Part shown: positions 36,368-45,664 of the stretch, piece by piece | How the letters are laid out: each line of letters starts with the position of its first letter | How positions within the stretch are numbered: the first letter of the stretch is position 1 | Assembly (NCBI GenBank): GCA_963666985.2 | Contig: CAXXIA010000003.1 | Location: 3,856 to 67,855 of the forward strand | Direction of reading: 5' to 3' | DNA length: 64,000 bases | Source: Spirochaetia bacterium | Lineage (GTDB): Bacteria; Spirochaetota; Spirochaetia; DSM-2461 | The notes under the pieces: model-generated | Seen by the model: the letters and a program-made list of their open reading frames with translations, nothing else | Databases searched by the model: none | Told to the model about the DNA's origin: nothing | Made by a program: the position numbers and the translations under genes

Positions 36368-37663
36368 ATGATCCCTGTCGCGTGGTACGAAAAATTCCAA
36401 GTTTCAAAAAAACAGGCGGACGATCTTCGCAAGGCCGGCGCCGCCTTATGGAATATGGCCGAACCGGGTTTTCGGGAAAAGGCCACCCACGATTATCTCT
36501 CCGGTCTCTTTGAGATTCTCGGCTTCTCCGTACGTCCTTTCGAAGGCATTCCCGGATTCATCGCCTCTTTCCCGGAAAAATCCGGGGCGCCTTCAAACAC
36601 TTCTTCGGACCAATCGGGTTCTTCCGGTATTCCCGCCGCCTCCCAAAAAACGGCGCCGACGAGCGGCACTGAGAACGCGGCCGATTCCGAAGGACGTATT
36701 GCTCTCATATCCGACATGGACGGCCTCCCCAACCCGGAGGACTCAACGGGCACCTACATCCATTCCTGCGGACACCATATGCAGATGGCCGCCCTATACG
36801 GGGCCGCCCGTCTCTTAAAGGACGCCGCTTCCGGCGCTCTTCGGCACATGGATTTCATCGCCGTTCCCGCCGAAGAATACATCGATTTGGAATACAGGGA
36901 GACTCTCCGCTCCGCCGGAGTCGTCTCCCGTCTCAGCGGAAAGCAGGAATTGATTGAGCGCGGTTATTTTAAGGGATACCGGCAGGTCGTCTCCACTCAT
37001 GCCGCCGGTTTTCAGGAACCTCTTTTCATCAGCAGTGTCCGCTCCATGGGAGGCTTCCGGGCGATGCGCTTTATTTTCCGGGGCAAAGCCGCCCATGCCG
37101 GCGCGGCGCCTCATAAAGGCATTAATGCCCAAAACGCCGCATCGCTGTTCCTTCAAGCCTGCGCCTTTCTGAGAGAAGGCTTCCGAAATGAAGATTACAT
37201 CCGTATTCATCCGGTTCTCTCCTACCCTCCCGATCAATCGGTGAATATCGTTCCGGCGCTGGTTCGGGCCGATACATACGTTCGGGCGGCCGCGATCGAG
37301 GCCATTGATGAAACCGCCGGGAAACTTAAAGACGCCGCCAAAGGCGCCGCCGCCGCGTTGGGCGCTTCTGTGGAAATAGAAGAAATACCCGGTTACGCCC
37401 CGTTTAAGGCAAACCTCGACATGCACGAAATCCTGCGCACCGTCACGGAAGAAATGGAACTTCCTTTCATCGACGAGGACTACTCCGCCGCATCCTCGGA
37501 CGTGGGCGATCTTTCCCAAATGATTCCGACGATTATGCTGGGCCTGCCGGGTGTAAACGGTCTTTTTCATAATCCCGGATTTCGAGTGACCGACGAGGAT
37601 GCGGCGTATGTTCTGCCCTCTGCGGTTTTAGTCCGCTATCTGGAAGCCCTAACAGGCTGTTGA
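36368..37663 (+). CDS. M20-family amidohydrolase/metallopeptidase (M20D-like) with a low-complexity insert
   Basis: Metal-binding context IHSCGHHMQMAALYGAARLL, dimerisation-domain region, FHNPGF near the C-terminus. Ser/Thr/Ala/Gly-rich insert at about residues 70-109. Confidence 0.75.
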   Translation: MIPVAWYEKFQVSKKQADDLRKAGAALWNMAEPGFREKATHDYLSGLFEILGFSVRPFEGIPGFIASFPEKSGAPSNTSSDQSGSSGIPAASQKTAPTSGTENAADSEGRIALISDMDGLPNPEDSTGTYIHSCGHHMQMAALYGAARLLKDAASGALRHMDFIAVPAEEYIDLEYRETLRSAGVVSRLSGKQELIERGYFKGYRQVVSTHAAGFQEPLFISSVRSMGGFRAMRFIFRGKAAHAGAAPHKGINAQNAASLFLQACAFLREGFRNEDYIRIHPVLSYPPDQSVNIVPALVRADTYVRAAAIEAIDETAGKLKDAAKGAAAALGASVEIEEIPGYAPFKANLDMHEILRTVTEEMELPFIDEDYSAASSDVGDLSQMIPTIMLGLPGVNGLFHNPGFRVTDEDAAYVLPSAVLVRYLEALTGC

Positions 37664-37813
37664 AAAAGTAAGATTTGGTTCGAAGATAGCGAGCGAGACT
37701 CGCAGCTCGCTGCCGAATCAAGCACAGAAAGCGCCGCGTACCGGCTGTACGTGAGCATTTCGAGCATTGATTCAACGCCGTATACGGGCATAAGGTCCTT
37801 TTTCAACAGCCTG
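37653..37813. repeat. 161-bp element bounded by a perfect 16-bp inverted repeat (caggctgttgaaaaag / ctttttcaacagcctg)
   Basis: Arms at 37653-37668 and 37798-37813. The left arm contains the last codons and TGA stop of the M20 gene. There is an internal hairpin agcgagc-N10-gctcgct. Confidence 0.7.
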
Positions 37814-37882
37814 CCAAATAAATTAAAATCTCGTTAAGGGTCTGTTTCGCTTAAAGTAATTATTGCTAATATACTTATTCTT

Positions 37883-40855
37883 ATGCCGCAAAGACGTCTT
37901 CACTTCAGTATATCAATAATATTATCCACCCTGGCGATAGTTTTTATCCTGGCCATTTCCATCGTCGGAAATATTCTTTATATCGCCGATAAATCCGCGG
38001 ATATTGAAGCCAAGCAGCATTTCAATCTCGTGGGGCATCTCATTCGGGAAAAAACGGCCGAAGAGTTCCGCCCCGCGCTCGATTACGTCGGACTTCTTTC
38101 GGCCCTTCCGGAAAGCTCCCTTCCCATAGAGAACTTCGGATTGAATCATTCTCTGTTTTCCGCAAGCGGCCGGGTTTTCGACGACTATCCGAGTATTTAT
38201 TCTCTCTATGTCGGACGAAACGACGGGAGTTTTCTTCAAGTTATTAACTGCCGGGACTTCAATCAGGCGATTCTTGCCCATCAAGCCTCTTCGGAAACAT
38301 CGACGATTCTCCGTTCAATCACGAACGAAGGGGACTCCCGGCGGGAAACTTGGCTTTTTCTTGATGAAAACGGACGCATTCTGGAAAGCCGATCGAACGA
38401 CGCCGAATATGATCCGAGAAATCGGCCTTGGTTTATCGGCGCACAAGAGGCACGTTCGTCCTATCTGACCGATCCCTATGAATTTTATTCACTGAAACAG
38501 TCGGGCATTACGGCCTCGCGGACCAATGAAGACTCTTCATGCGTTGTGGGAATCGACCTCACCATTTCGCGTTTGACCGATTTCATCATCAACTTGAAAT
38601 TTTCGGAAAACGGCGGTGTCGCCCTCTATACCTCGGATGGAGATATCATCGCCTCCACGCCGGGCTTCATCGATTTGATTCCCCAAGAATTGATTACCAC
38701 GCAGATAGAAAGCGAAGATGTCTCTTTATACGAGGATACATTCATCCGATCGGAACGTTGGGAAGCTACCGAATCCAAAAACCTGTTCATCGTCTCCGCG
38801 GCGCCGAGAAATGATTTCATGGCCGATGCCGCCGTTATGCAGAAACGGATTATTTTCATTTCAACCATACTCATCATCGTCATCCTTCCGTTCATCCTCA
38901 TTTGGGCTTTGAGTATTTCCCGGGGACTTCACAGACTCGCCGAAGATGCAACCCATATCGGAAATATGAAATTCGACCATTCGGTCGCCTTTAAAACATC
39001 CATTCTTGAATTCTGGCAGCTTGCCAATACGTTCAAGCTGATGAAAAGCACCATCAGCGAACGGACGAATGATCTCCAGACGGCCAATACGAGACTGAAA
39101 ACACTGGCTGAAATGATTGTCGCCCTCTCGGCGGAACGGAATTTCGACCGATTGTCCGAAGTCATTCTTAAAAATGCCAAAGAACTCGCCAATGCGGACG
39201 GCGGCAGCCTTTATTTGGTCAATGAGACTCGTGATGCGCTTGATTTTTCGATAGTCCTTACAGACTCCCTGGGAATCGCCCAGGGAGGGACAAGCGGAAC
39301 TCCCATAGCAATGAATTCCGTACCCCTTTATAACGACGGTCGTGAAAACCATCATAATGTCGTCACACACGCTTTTTTCACCGGAAAGACCGTCAACATC
39401 GCGGATGCCTATGAAATCGGAGAATATGATTTCTCCGGAACACGAAAATTCGACGCTCATAACGGCTACCGTTCCGTTTCCTTCCTGACGCTCCCGCTCA
39501 AGCCCATGGGCGGCGGAGATATTCTCGGAGCCATACAGCTTATCAACGCGACCGATCCGGAAACCGGAGAAATCATTCCCTTTTCGAAAGAAATCGAAAC
39601 GTTTATCGAGGCCTTGGGCTCCGCGGCGGCCGTCGCCGTCCACAACTGGCGCCTGGTAAAAAAACAGAAAGATCTTTTTAACGATTTGGTTCGCTTCATC
39701 GCCAGCGCCATTGATAAAAAGAGTCCTTATACGGCGCGCCATTGTGAGAGGGTTCCCCAGATTGCCGACATTCTTATCGATGCGGCCGACGCCGCGGAAT
39801 CGGGGCCCTTCAAGAATTTTGAATTTAAAAATCCCGACGAACGCCGGGAATTCGAAATCGCGGCATGGCTCCACGACTGCGGGAAAGTCACGACTCCCGA
39901 ATACATTGTCGATAAAGCGACAAAGCTGGAAACCATCCATAACCGCATTCATGAAATTCGAACCCGCTTCGAAGTTCTTCTGAGGGACGCACGAATAGAA
40001 CGCCTCTCCCAAATCTTAAGCGGTGTTCCCGAAGAACTTGCCGATGAGATTCTTCAAAAGCAGGAACAGAAGCTTCATGAGGATTTCGCTTTTGTCGCCG
40101 AATGCAACATCGGCAGCGAAAGGATGGACGACAAGGCCATTCAGCGTCTGAAAGACATCGGAAGAACTCAATGGACACAGAACTTCAACGACCATATCGG
40201 ACTTTCCTGGGTGGAACATCAGTACTTAAGCGACGCGGGGATTAATGAAGAGAACGCAGGGCTGCCCCGAAAAACAAATCTGCTGATGGATTTGCCCGAA
40301 CACCGGATTCATCGCCCGGAAGAAACGAAGTCCCTTTACGAAGATCAATATAAGAAATTGGGGATTATCCTCGACATTCCCGAACTTTTATTCAATCGCG
40401 GAGAGATCTACAACCTTTCCATCCGCTCGGGAACCTTAACGAAAGAAGACCGCTATATCATCAACGAACATGTGGCTCAAACAATCATCATGCTCAGTGA
40501 AATTAAATTCCCGGATGAGCTGAAGAAAGTCATCGATTACGCGGGAGAGCACCATGAGAATCCCATGGGCACCGGATATCCCAGAGGAATCTCATCAACA
40601 ACACTGTCCGTACCTTCAAGGATTTTGGCCGTTGCCGATATTTTCGAAGCGCTCACCTCCGCGGATCGGCCCTACAAAAAGGATAAAACACTCTCGGAAA
40701 CGCTCGATATTATGTATGAGATGAAAAAGAAAGGGCTTATCGACGGAGAGGTCTTTACCTTACTGATCAAATCAAAGGCCTATGAGACGTATGCCGAACA
40801 ATTCCTGAAACCCGAACAAATCGATGAAGTGAATCCGGGGAAATATTTGATTTAA
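37883..40855 (+). CDS. membrane-bound Cache-like sensor / HAMP / GAF / HD-GYP domain protein (putative c-di-GMP phosphodiesterase)
   Basis: N-terminal TM, ~300-aa extracytoplasmic domain, second TM, GAF-like region (ADGGSLYLV...), HD-GYP motifs AAWLHDCGK and EHHENPMGTGYPRG. Confidence 0.85.
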   Translation: MPQRRLHFSISIILSTLAIVFILAISIVGNILYIADKSADIEAKQHFNLVGHLIREKTAEEFRPALDYVGLLSALPESSLPIENFGLNHSLFSASGRVFDDYPSIYSLYVGRNDGSFLQVINCRDFNQAILAHQASSETSTILRSITNEGDSRRETWLFLDENGRILESRSNDAEYDPRNRPWFIGAQEARSSYLTDPYEFYSLKQSGITASRTNEDSSCVVGIDLTISRLTDFIINLKFSENGGVALYTSDGDIIASTPGFIDLIPQELITTQIESEDVSLYEDTFIRSERWEATESKNLFIVSAAPRNDFMADAAVMQKRIIFISTILIIVILPFILIWALSISRGLHRLAEDATHIGNMKFDHSVAFKTSILEFWQLANTFKLMKSTISERTNDLQTANTRLKTLAEMIVALSAERNFDRLSEVILKNAKELANADGGSLYLVNETRDALDFSIVLTDSLGIAQGGTSGTPIAMNSVPLYNDGRENHHNVVTHAFFTGKTVNIADAYEIGEYDFSGTRKFDAHNGYRSVSFLTLPLKPMGGGDILGAIQLINATDPETGEIIPFSKEIETFIEALGSAAAVAVHNWRLVKKQKDLFNDLVRFIASAIDKKSPYTARHCERVPQIADILIDAADAAESGPFKNFEFKNPDERREFEIAAWLHDCGKVTTPEYIVDKATKLETIHNRIHEIRTRFEVLLRDARIERLSQILSGVPEELADEILQKQEQKLHEDFAFVAECNIGSERMDDKAIQRLKDIGRTQWTQNFNDHIGLSWVEHQYLSDAGINEENAGLPRKTNLLMDLPEHRIHRPEETKSLYEDQYKKLGIILDIPELLFNRGEIYNLSIRSGTLTKEDRYIINEHVAQTIIMLSEIKFPDELKKVIDYAGEHHENPMGTGYPRGISSTTLSVPSRILAVADIFEALTSADRPYKKDKTLSETLDIMYEMKKKGLIDGEVFTLLIKSKAYETYAEQFLKPEQIDEVNPGKYLI

Positions 40856-41147
40856 CTGCCGAGCCGCCGGGCTTGCGGGGATGGGCTTCAGGGTGGGCTC
40901 GGGATGCGTCCGCCGGTTGAACGGCGGAAGTACGGCGGCAAGCGAAGCCGCCGGGCCGTGATGGAACGGCCGCGAGTAAATCGGCGCTTGAACAGGCTGC
41001 AAACGGACCGACAGTCAAAGGCCTCAGCGCAGCCCTGCGAAAAAATAAAAAACTCCATGCCGCGGTGATTCCCGGCCGCACTCACGCCGAGAAATGAATC
41101 CGATTCGATTCAGGGAAATCAAAATCGGCAGAAAAGGCCGGTCTTTC

Positions 41148-42596
41148 TCAGAACACCAGTTTTGTTTCGCCCCGGCCCCGTTTCAGGATGCCTTGAGCTC
41201 TTTTACGGGCTTCGGCGACAACTGCTGCGGTATCCATTCGGAGTTTTCCGGATTCTTTCAAGGGCTCTCCGGCGACGAAGACGAACTCGGCATTCCGGGC
41301 GTCGGCGGAATAGATTAACGCGGCCAGAGGATTGTACGAGGGAGCCGTGTGGGGCATGTCAAGGTTCCAGATAACAAGGTCGGCCGGGGCGCCGACTTCA
41401 AGGCGCCCTGTTCCGAAGGGGAGCGACTCATGACCGCGCATGAGCATTTTCCAGATGTCCTTCAGAGCAAAGGCTTCACCGTTTGCCTGACGGCTTTTCC
41501 CGGCCAGGGCCAAAAGACGGGCCTGTTCCAGTGGGTTCAGACAGTTTGAACTCGCGGCCCCGTCCGTACCGATGCAGAGCGGTAAATCTCCGGGATTCTC
41601 CAGGATGGGGCCGGGAGGCATGCCGAGCTTCATGTAGGTCATCATGCACACGGCGATCCAGTTCTCCCGGGAGAGAAGAGAGCGCTCTTCGGGAAGAATC
41701 CAGTAGGCATGGGCAATAATGAGCGGCAGATCGGTTAAACCGGAATCGGCCACCACCTGCATGGGAGTGCGGCCGTATTGTTCCCTGCTGGCGGCAATCT
41801 GATTCACATCATCTTCCACGTGCAGATGAGCCCCGACTCCCAGCTTTTCGGCCGACTTGGCGCACAGCGCCAACTGTTCAGGATTGCAAGTATAGGGCGA
41901 ATGCGGTCCGAGGCGCAGCGAAAGGCGGCCTTCGCGTCCGTTCCAGGATCGAATCAGATCTTCCGAAGCGGCCAGCTGATCCTCGAATCCGCCGGACATG
42001 CCGAATAACGTGGGCGCGATATCGGCGCGGATTCCCGTTTCCAGGGCGATTTTGCAGATGCGCTCGGCCATGAAGTAGTGGTCGGCAAAGGCGGTAACGC
42101 CATAGTCCAGCATTTCGGCGACGGCCAAGCGGCAGCCGATTTCCGCGTCGTCCGGTTCCATCTTGCTTTCATACGGCCAGATTTCCTTGTTGAACCAGTC
42201 GTCGGGAGTTACGTCTTCGGCGATTCCCCGAAAGATGCTCATGGGGCTGTGGGTGTGAAGATTCACCAGGCCAGGAGAAACGAAGCGGCCCGAGGCGTCG
42301 ATGACGCGGGGCTCCGGCGTCGAGAAAGGGAGGTTCCCCTGCCGTGAATCCCGCTCACGGTAGGCGGCGGTTTTTTGGCCGCCCGCGGACGGGCCGTTGT
42401 GATTCGAGGCGGCTTTATAGGTCCGGCGGCTGAAATCGCCGGAGAACGCGTCGCCGGCCGGGCGGATTTCCGCGATCAGGCCACCTGCCAACAGAAGATC
42501 GACAGGCTGCGAGACGGCTCCTTCGGCATCAATCGTCCGGGCACCCTTAATCAGAACGGATGAGGCATTCGCGGTTCGGCTTCGGGGGTCACTCAT
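41148..42596 (-). CDS. amidohydrolase-superfamily deaminase (MTA/SAH-, guanine- or cytosine-deaminase-like) with N-terminal insert
   Basis: PGLVNLHTHSPMSIFRGIAED, HLHVEDD, IIAHAYW, CIGTDGAASSN metal-ligand contexts. About 35 extra residues lie between the first beta-strands. Confidence 0.75.
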   Translation of the reverse strand: MSDPRSRTANASSVLIKGARTIDAEGAVSQPVDLLLAGGLIAEIRPAGDAFSGDFSRRTYKAASNHNGPSAGGQKTAAYRERDSRQGNLPFSTPEPRVIDASGRFVSPGLVNLHTHSPMSIFRGIAEDVTPDDWFNKEIWPYESKMEPDDAEIGCRLAVAEMLDYGVTAFADHYFMAERICKIALETGIRADIAPTLFGMSGGFEDQLAASEDLIRSWNGREGRLSLRLGPHSPYTCNPEQLALCAKSAEKLGVGAHLHVEDDVNQIAASREQYGRTPMQVVADSGLTDLPLIIAHAYWILPEERSLLSRENWIAVCMMTYMKLGMPPGPILENPGDLPLCIGTDGAASSNCLNPLEQARLLALAGKSRQANGEAFALKDIWKMLMRGHESLPFGTGRLEVGAPADLVIWNLDMPHTAPSYNPLAALIYSADARNAEFVFVAGEPLKESGKLRMDTAAVVAEARKRAQGILKRGRGETKLVF

Positions 42597-43545
42597 AAGA
42601 ACACAAAAGTTCGGTAAGAAGCGCGATGAAACCTTCTCGGTCCAAATCGACGGCTACGCGGGTGTTGGGCGCCCTTCCGGTGGTACCGAAAACATCCACG
42701 ACGGTTTTGCCCAGAGTGTGCTTCCCTTGCGTTTCCACGGCGACGTATCGGCTTTCGAAGCTCACCAGAGTCTCGTCGATGGCGCCGGCAAGGGCAAAAG
42801 GATCGTGGAGGGCCAGACCGGAGAATCCGACGCTTTGATAAAAGTCGGCGTAGGTTTCCAGCATGTCGCAGCAGGCCGCGGGAACGGCTTTTCCGGAGGC
42901 TCGAAGAGCCGCTCTTTCCTCTTCTGTGATGAGGGCGCAGTTGGTTACGTCCAGTCCGTACATATCGATGGGGATGCCGGACTGGAAGACGGCCGCGGCG
43001 GAATGGGGGTCGGCGTAGATGTTGAACTCGGCGGCGGGCGTAACGTTGCCGAATCCGGCGGCGCCACCCATCATCACGATTCGGTTAATCTTTCCGGCCA
43101 AATCCGGATATTGATGCAGGGCTCCGGCGATGTTGGTGAGCGGTCCGATGGTAACCAGTTCCAGCTCGCCGCCCAAGGCCTCGGCGGTTTCATTGATAAA
43201 CGCGGCGGCATTTCGGGGATCTTCTGCAAAGGCCGGTTCGGGGAGAGAGACGTTCCCCACTCCGTTCTCACCGTGAACATGACCGCCGTCCCGGCGTTCG
43301 GTGAAATACGGTCCCGATGCACCGCGGCAGACGGGCGGCGGATTCATGCTGCCGTGCCGGCTGTGCCGCATGGCAAGAGTTACAAGGGAGCGGGCATTCC
43401 GGGTGACTTTATCAATATTCACGTTCCCGGCCACCGTGGTGATGCCCAGAACTTCCAGCTTGCTTGAAGAGAGGGCCATGAAGATGGCCAGAGCGTCGTC
43501 GATACCCGGATCGCAGTCGATGATGATTTTACGCGTTTTACTCAC
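42589..43545 (-). CDS. nucleoside hydrolase (IUNH family)
   Basis: KIIIDCDPGIDDALAI signature. GTG start at 43545 is 6 nt after AAGGAG and overlaps the upstream stop (GTGA). The 57-codon upstream extension in the ORF track is Arg/Cys/His-rich nonsense. Confidence 0.85.
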   Translation of the reverse strand: MSKTRKIIIDCDPGIDDALAIFMALSSSKLEVLGITTVAGNVNIDKVTRNARSLVTLAMRHSRHGSMNPPPVCRGASGPYFTERRDGGHVHGENGVGNVSLPEPAFAEDPRNAAAFINETAEALGGELELVTIGPLTNIAGALHQYPDLAGKINRIVMMGGAAGFGNVTPAAEFNIYADPHSAAAVFQSGIPIDMYGLDVTNCALITEEERAALRASGKAVPAACCDMLETYADFYQSVGFSGLALHDPFALAGAIDETLVSFESRYVAVETQGKHTLGKTVVDVFGTTGRAPNTRVAVDLDREGFIALLTELLCSYE

Positions 43546-44675
43546 GAAAGGCTCCTTAAGGCATCGGCGACAAGGTCTACGAATGCTTCGCGATTGATAT
43601 CTACAACTACATCGACATTGGCTTCTTCCGGGGGGGTGCGCCCAATGAAACCTCCATACGTTTCCCCTTTGGCCGGACTCACCACGGTGGCTCCCGTGGT
43701 GAGCGCGCCGACGCATTCCGCATCCACCCGGGCTTTTACCGACCTGAATATTTCCGGAGCGATAAGGGCGGCCACGGCGCAGGGATCGTGCAGAGGACTG
43801 CCGCCGAATCCGGCGAAATATTCTTCGTGGAATTTCTTAAAGAAATCGAGCAGCTCGGCCACCATCACGCCGGTCTTTGTGCCGATATTGCGGAAGCTTT
43901 CAATGTCTTCCAGGGTAATAATCGCCTTATGCGACACATCCAGGCAGCTCATGATAATGGGCAGTCCGGATGAAAAGACAATCTGGGCGGCCTCGGGGTC
44001 TACAAGAATGTTGAATTCCGCGGCGGGCGTCCAGTTACCGCCGATGGCCGCGCCGCCCATCATGCTGATCCGGGCGATTTTCGATTTCAAATCCGGCCTG
44101 GCCAAGAGAAGCATGGCCACGTTGGTAAAAGCTCCTGTAGGGATAATCGTCACCGGCTCCGCGGCGTTTTCCAGAATATCCACCATGAGTTCAAAGGCGC
44201 TTAATTCCGATTCGGGGCGGTCGGGCATCGGAAGATCAGGACCGTCCATGCCCGTCTCGCCATGCACCTCGGCGGCCGTGATGAGTTCGCGAAAAAGCGG
44301 CTTCGACGATCCCCTGGCCACGGGCGCGTCACAGCCCAAAAAGCTTAAAATTTTCCGGGCGTTCAGCGTGATTTTTTCAATGGTCTGATTCCCGGCCGTG
44401 GTGCAGACTCCCAGAATATCGATTTCCGGACGGGCATGGGCCAGAACAAGAGCGATGGCATCATCGTGCCCCGGATCGCAGTCCATGATAACAGGAAGGG
44501 AATGCGGCGCACCGGAGGTAAACGGGCCGAGAGAGGCGGGGTGAGTCTTTGCGATATGGCCGGCGGTGGGAGAGGATGCGGATTTTTCCGTTTTATAAGC
44601 CGTATTATTGGCCGCTTTTTCAGCCGAGTCGGCTTTAGCCGCCTTAACGGTCATGTTTTTAGAGATTTCGGGCAT
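43542..44675 (-). CDS. nucleoside hydrolase (IUNH family) paralog with ~60-aa low-complexity N-terminal extension (start uncertain)
   Basis: PVIMDCDPGHDDAIALV signature. The listed ATG overlaps the permease stop by 1 nt (TGATG). Confidence 0.8.
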   Translation of the reverse strand: MPEISKNMTVKAAKADSAEKAANNTAYKTEKSASSPTAGHIAKTHPASLGPFTSGAPHSLPVIMDCDPGHDDAIALVLAHARPEIDILGVCTTAGNQTIEKITLNARKILSFLGCDAPVARGSSKPLFRELITAAEVHGETGMDGPDLPMPDRPESELSAFELMVDILENAAEPVTIIPTGAFTNVAMLLLARPDLKSKIARISMMGGAAIGGNWTPAAEFNILVDPEAAQIVFSSGLPIIMSCLDVSHKAIITLEDIESFRNIGTKTGVMVAELLDFFKKFHEEYFAGFGGSPLHDPCAVAALIAPEIFRSVKARVDAECVGALTTGATVVSPAKGETYGGFIGRTPPEEANVDVVVDINREAFVDLVADALRSLS

Positions 44676-45664
44676 CAGGACTTCTCCCCGGAGGAACCCG
44701 CCGAAAGGGCGGCTATTTCTTCGGACACATTCATGGCAGCCCGTTCTTGAATCCGTTTTGCCTGCTCGGTCTTACGGATGGTGTAAATAACCAGTCCGAT
44801 AACAACAACCACGTAGGGCAGCATGGAAACGAACTCGTAGGGAATCTTTAAGATTTGCAGTGAATTGGACAAAGCGTCAAAGAAACCGAAAAGCAGGGAT
44901 GTCAGCATCCCTCCCACCGGCGTGGCACCGCCCATGGCTTCCGCGGCAAGTGCGATAAAACCCCGCCCCGCGGTCATATCCCGGCTGAACCACGAGACAT
45001 ACCCCATGGACATGTAGGCTCCGCCGAAACCGGCCATCATGCCGGAAAGCACCAGTGCGGTGTAGCGAATCTTCACAACGCTGATGCCCACCGAATCGGC
45101 GGCGTTCTCATTTTCTCCAACCGCCCTGATTCTTAAGCCGATAGGCGTTTTGTACAAGAAGAACCAGACAACAAACACCATCAGAAAGGCCATGTACGTC
45201 AGAACGTTATGACCGGAAAAAATCGGTCCCAGTACGGGGATGCTTTTCAGAAGCGGAATATTGATTTTCGGAAGAACCTGCGAGGCCAAAGAAGCGGAAA
45301 TACCCTTATCACCGGCCACAAGATAAAGAACGAAAATGGTGCCCCCCGAAGCGATCATGTTGAGTGCGACACCGGCCAGAATAATGTCCGTTTTCAGATT
45401 CAGAGAGAAATAGCCCAGAGCCAAAGCCACAAAGCCGCCGAAAATAACGGCCATGAGAAGTCCGAACCAGGCGCTTCCGCTGATCGCCGAAAAAATCACC
45501 CCCGTTAAAGCGGAGATGAGCATGATTCCTTCCAGAGCGATGTTGATGACTCCGGCCTTATCGGAAATAAGAGCACCCAGCGTGGCGAAAAGAATCGGCG
45601 TTGTAACCCGAAGAACCGAGTAGCCGAATTCCGCGTTAAGAATCGTGGACAGGATCTGATTCAT
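44675..45664 (-). CDS. BMP-type (nucleoside) ABC transporter permease
   Basis: Polytopic, BPD_transp_2-like. Follows the other permease with a 4-nt overlap. Has a hydrophilic C-terminal tail. Confidence 0.82.
   Translation of the reverse strand: MNQILSTILNAEFGYSVLRVTTPILFATLGALISDKAGVINIALEGIMLISALTGVIFSAISGSAWFGLLMAVIFGGFVALALGYFSLNLKTDIILAGVALNMIASGGTIFVLYLVAGDKGISASLASQVLPKINIPLLKSIPVLGPIFSGHNVLTYMAFLMVFVVWFFLYKTPIGLRIRAVGENENAADSVGISVVKIRYTALVLSGMMAGFGGAYMSMGYVSWFSRDMTAGRGFIALAAEAMGGATPVGGMLTSLLFGFFDALSNSLQILKIPYEFVSMLPYVVVVIGLVIYTIRKTEQAKRIQERAAMNVSEEIAALSAGSSGEKS

Noticed and set aside
38861-40012. 383-aa ORF on the minus strand, and similar antisense ORFs (36815-37570, 16477-17313, 13485-14312, 42718-43467, 43594-44388, 47090-47830, 52630-53466)
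   Set aside because: All lie fully inside well-supported genes on the opposite strand and show no recognisable domains.
43546-43716. N-terminal extensions offered by the ORF track (also 17468-17626, 22179-22259, 28825-28887, 54103-54144, 55744-55791)
   Set aside because: The extensions overlap upstream genes or repeats and translate to implausible Arg/Cys/His-rich peptides. Internal starts with good RBS and typical protein length are available.
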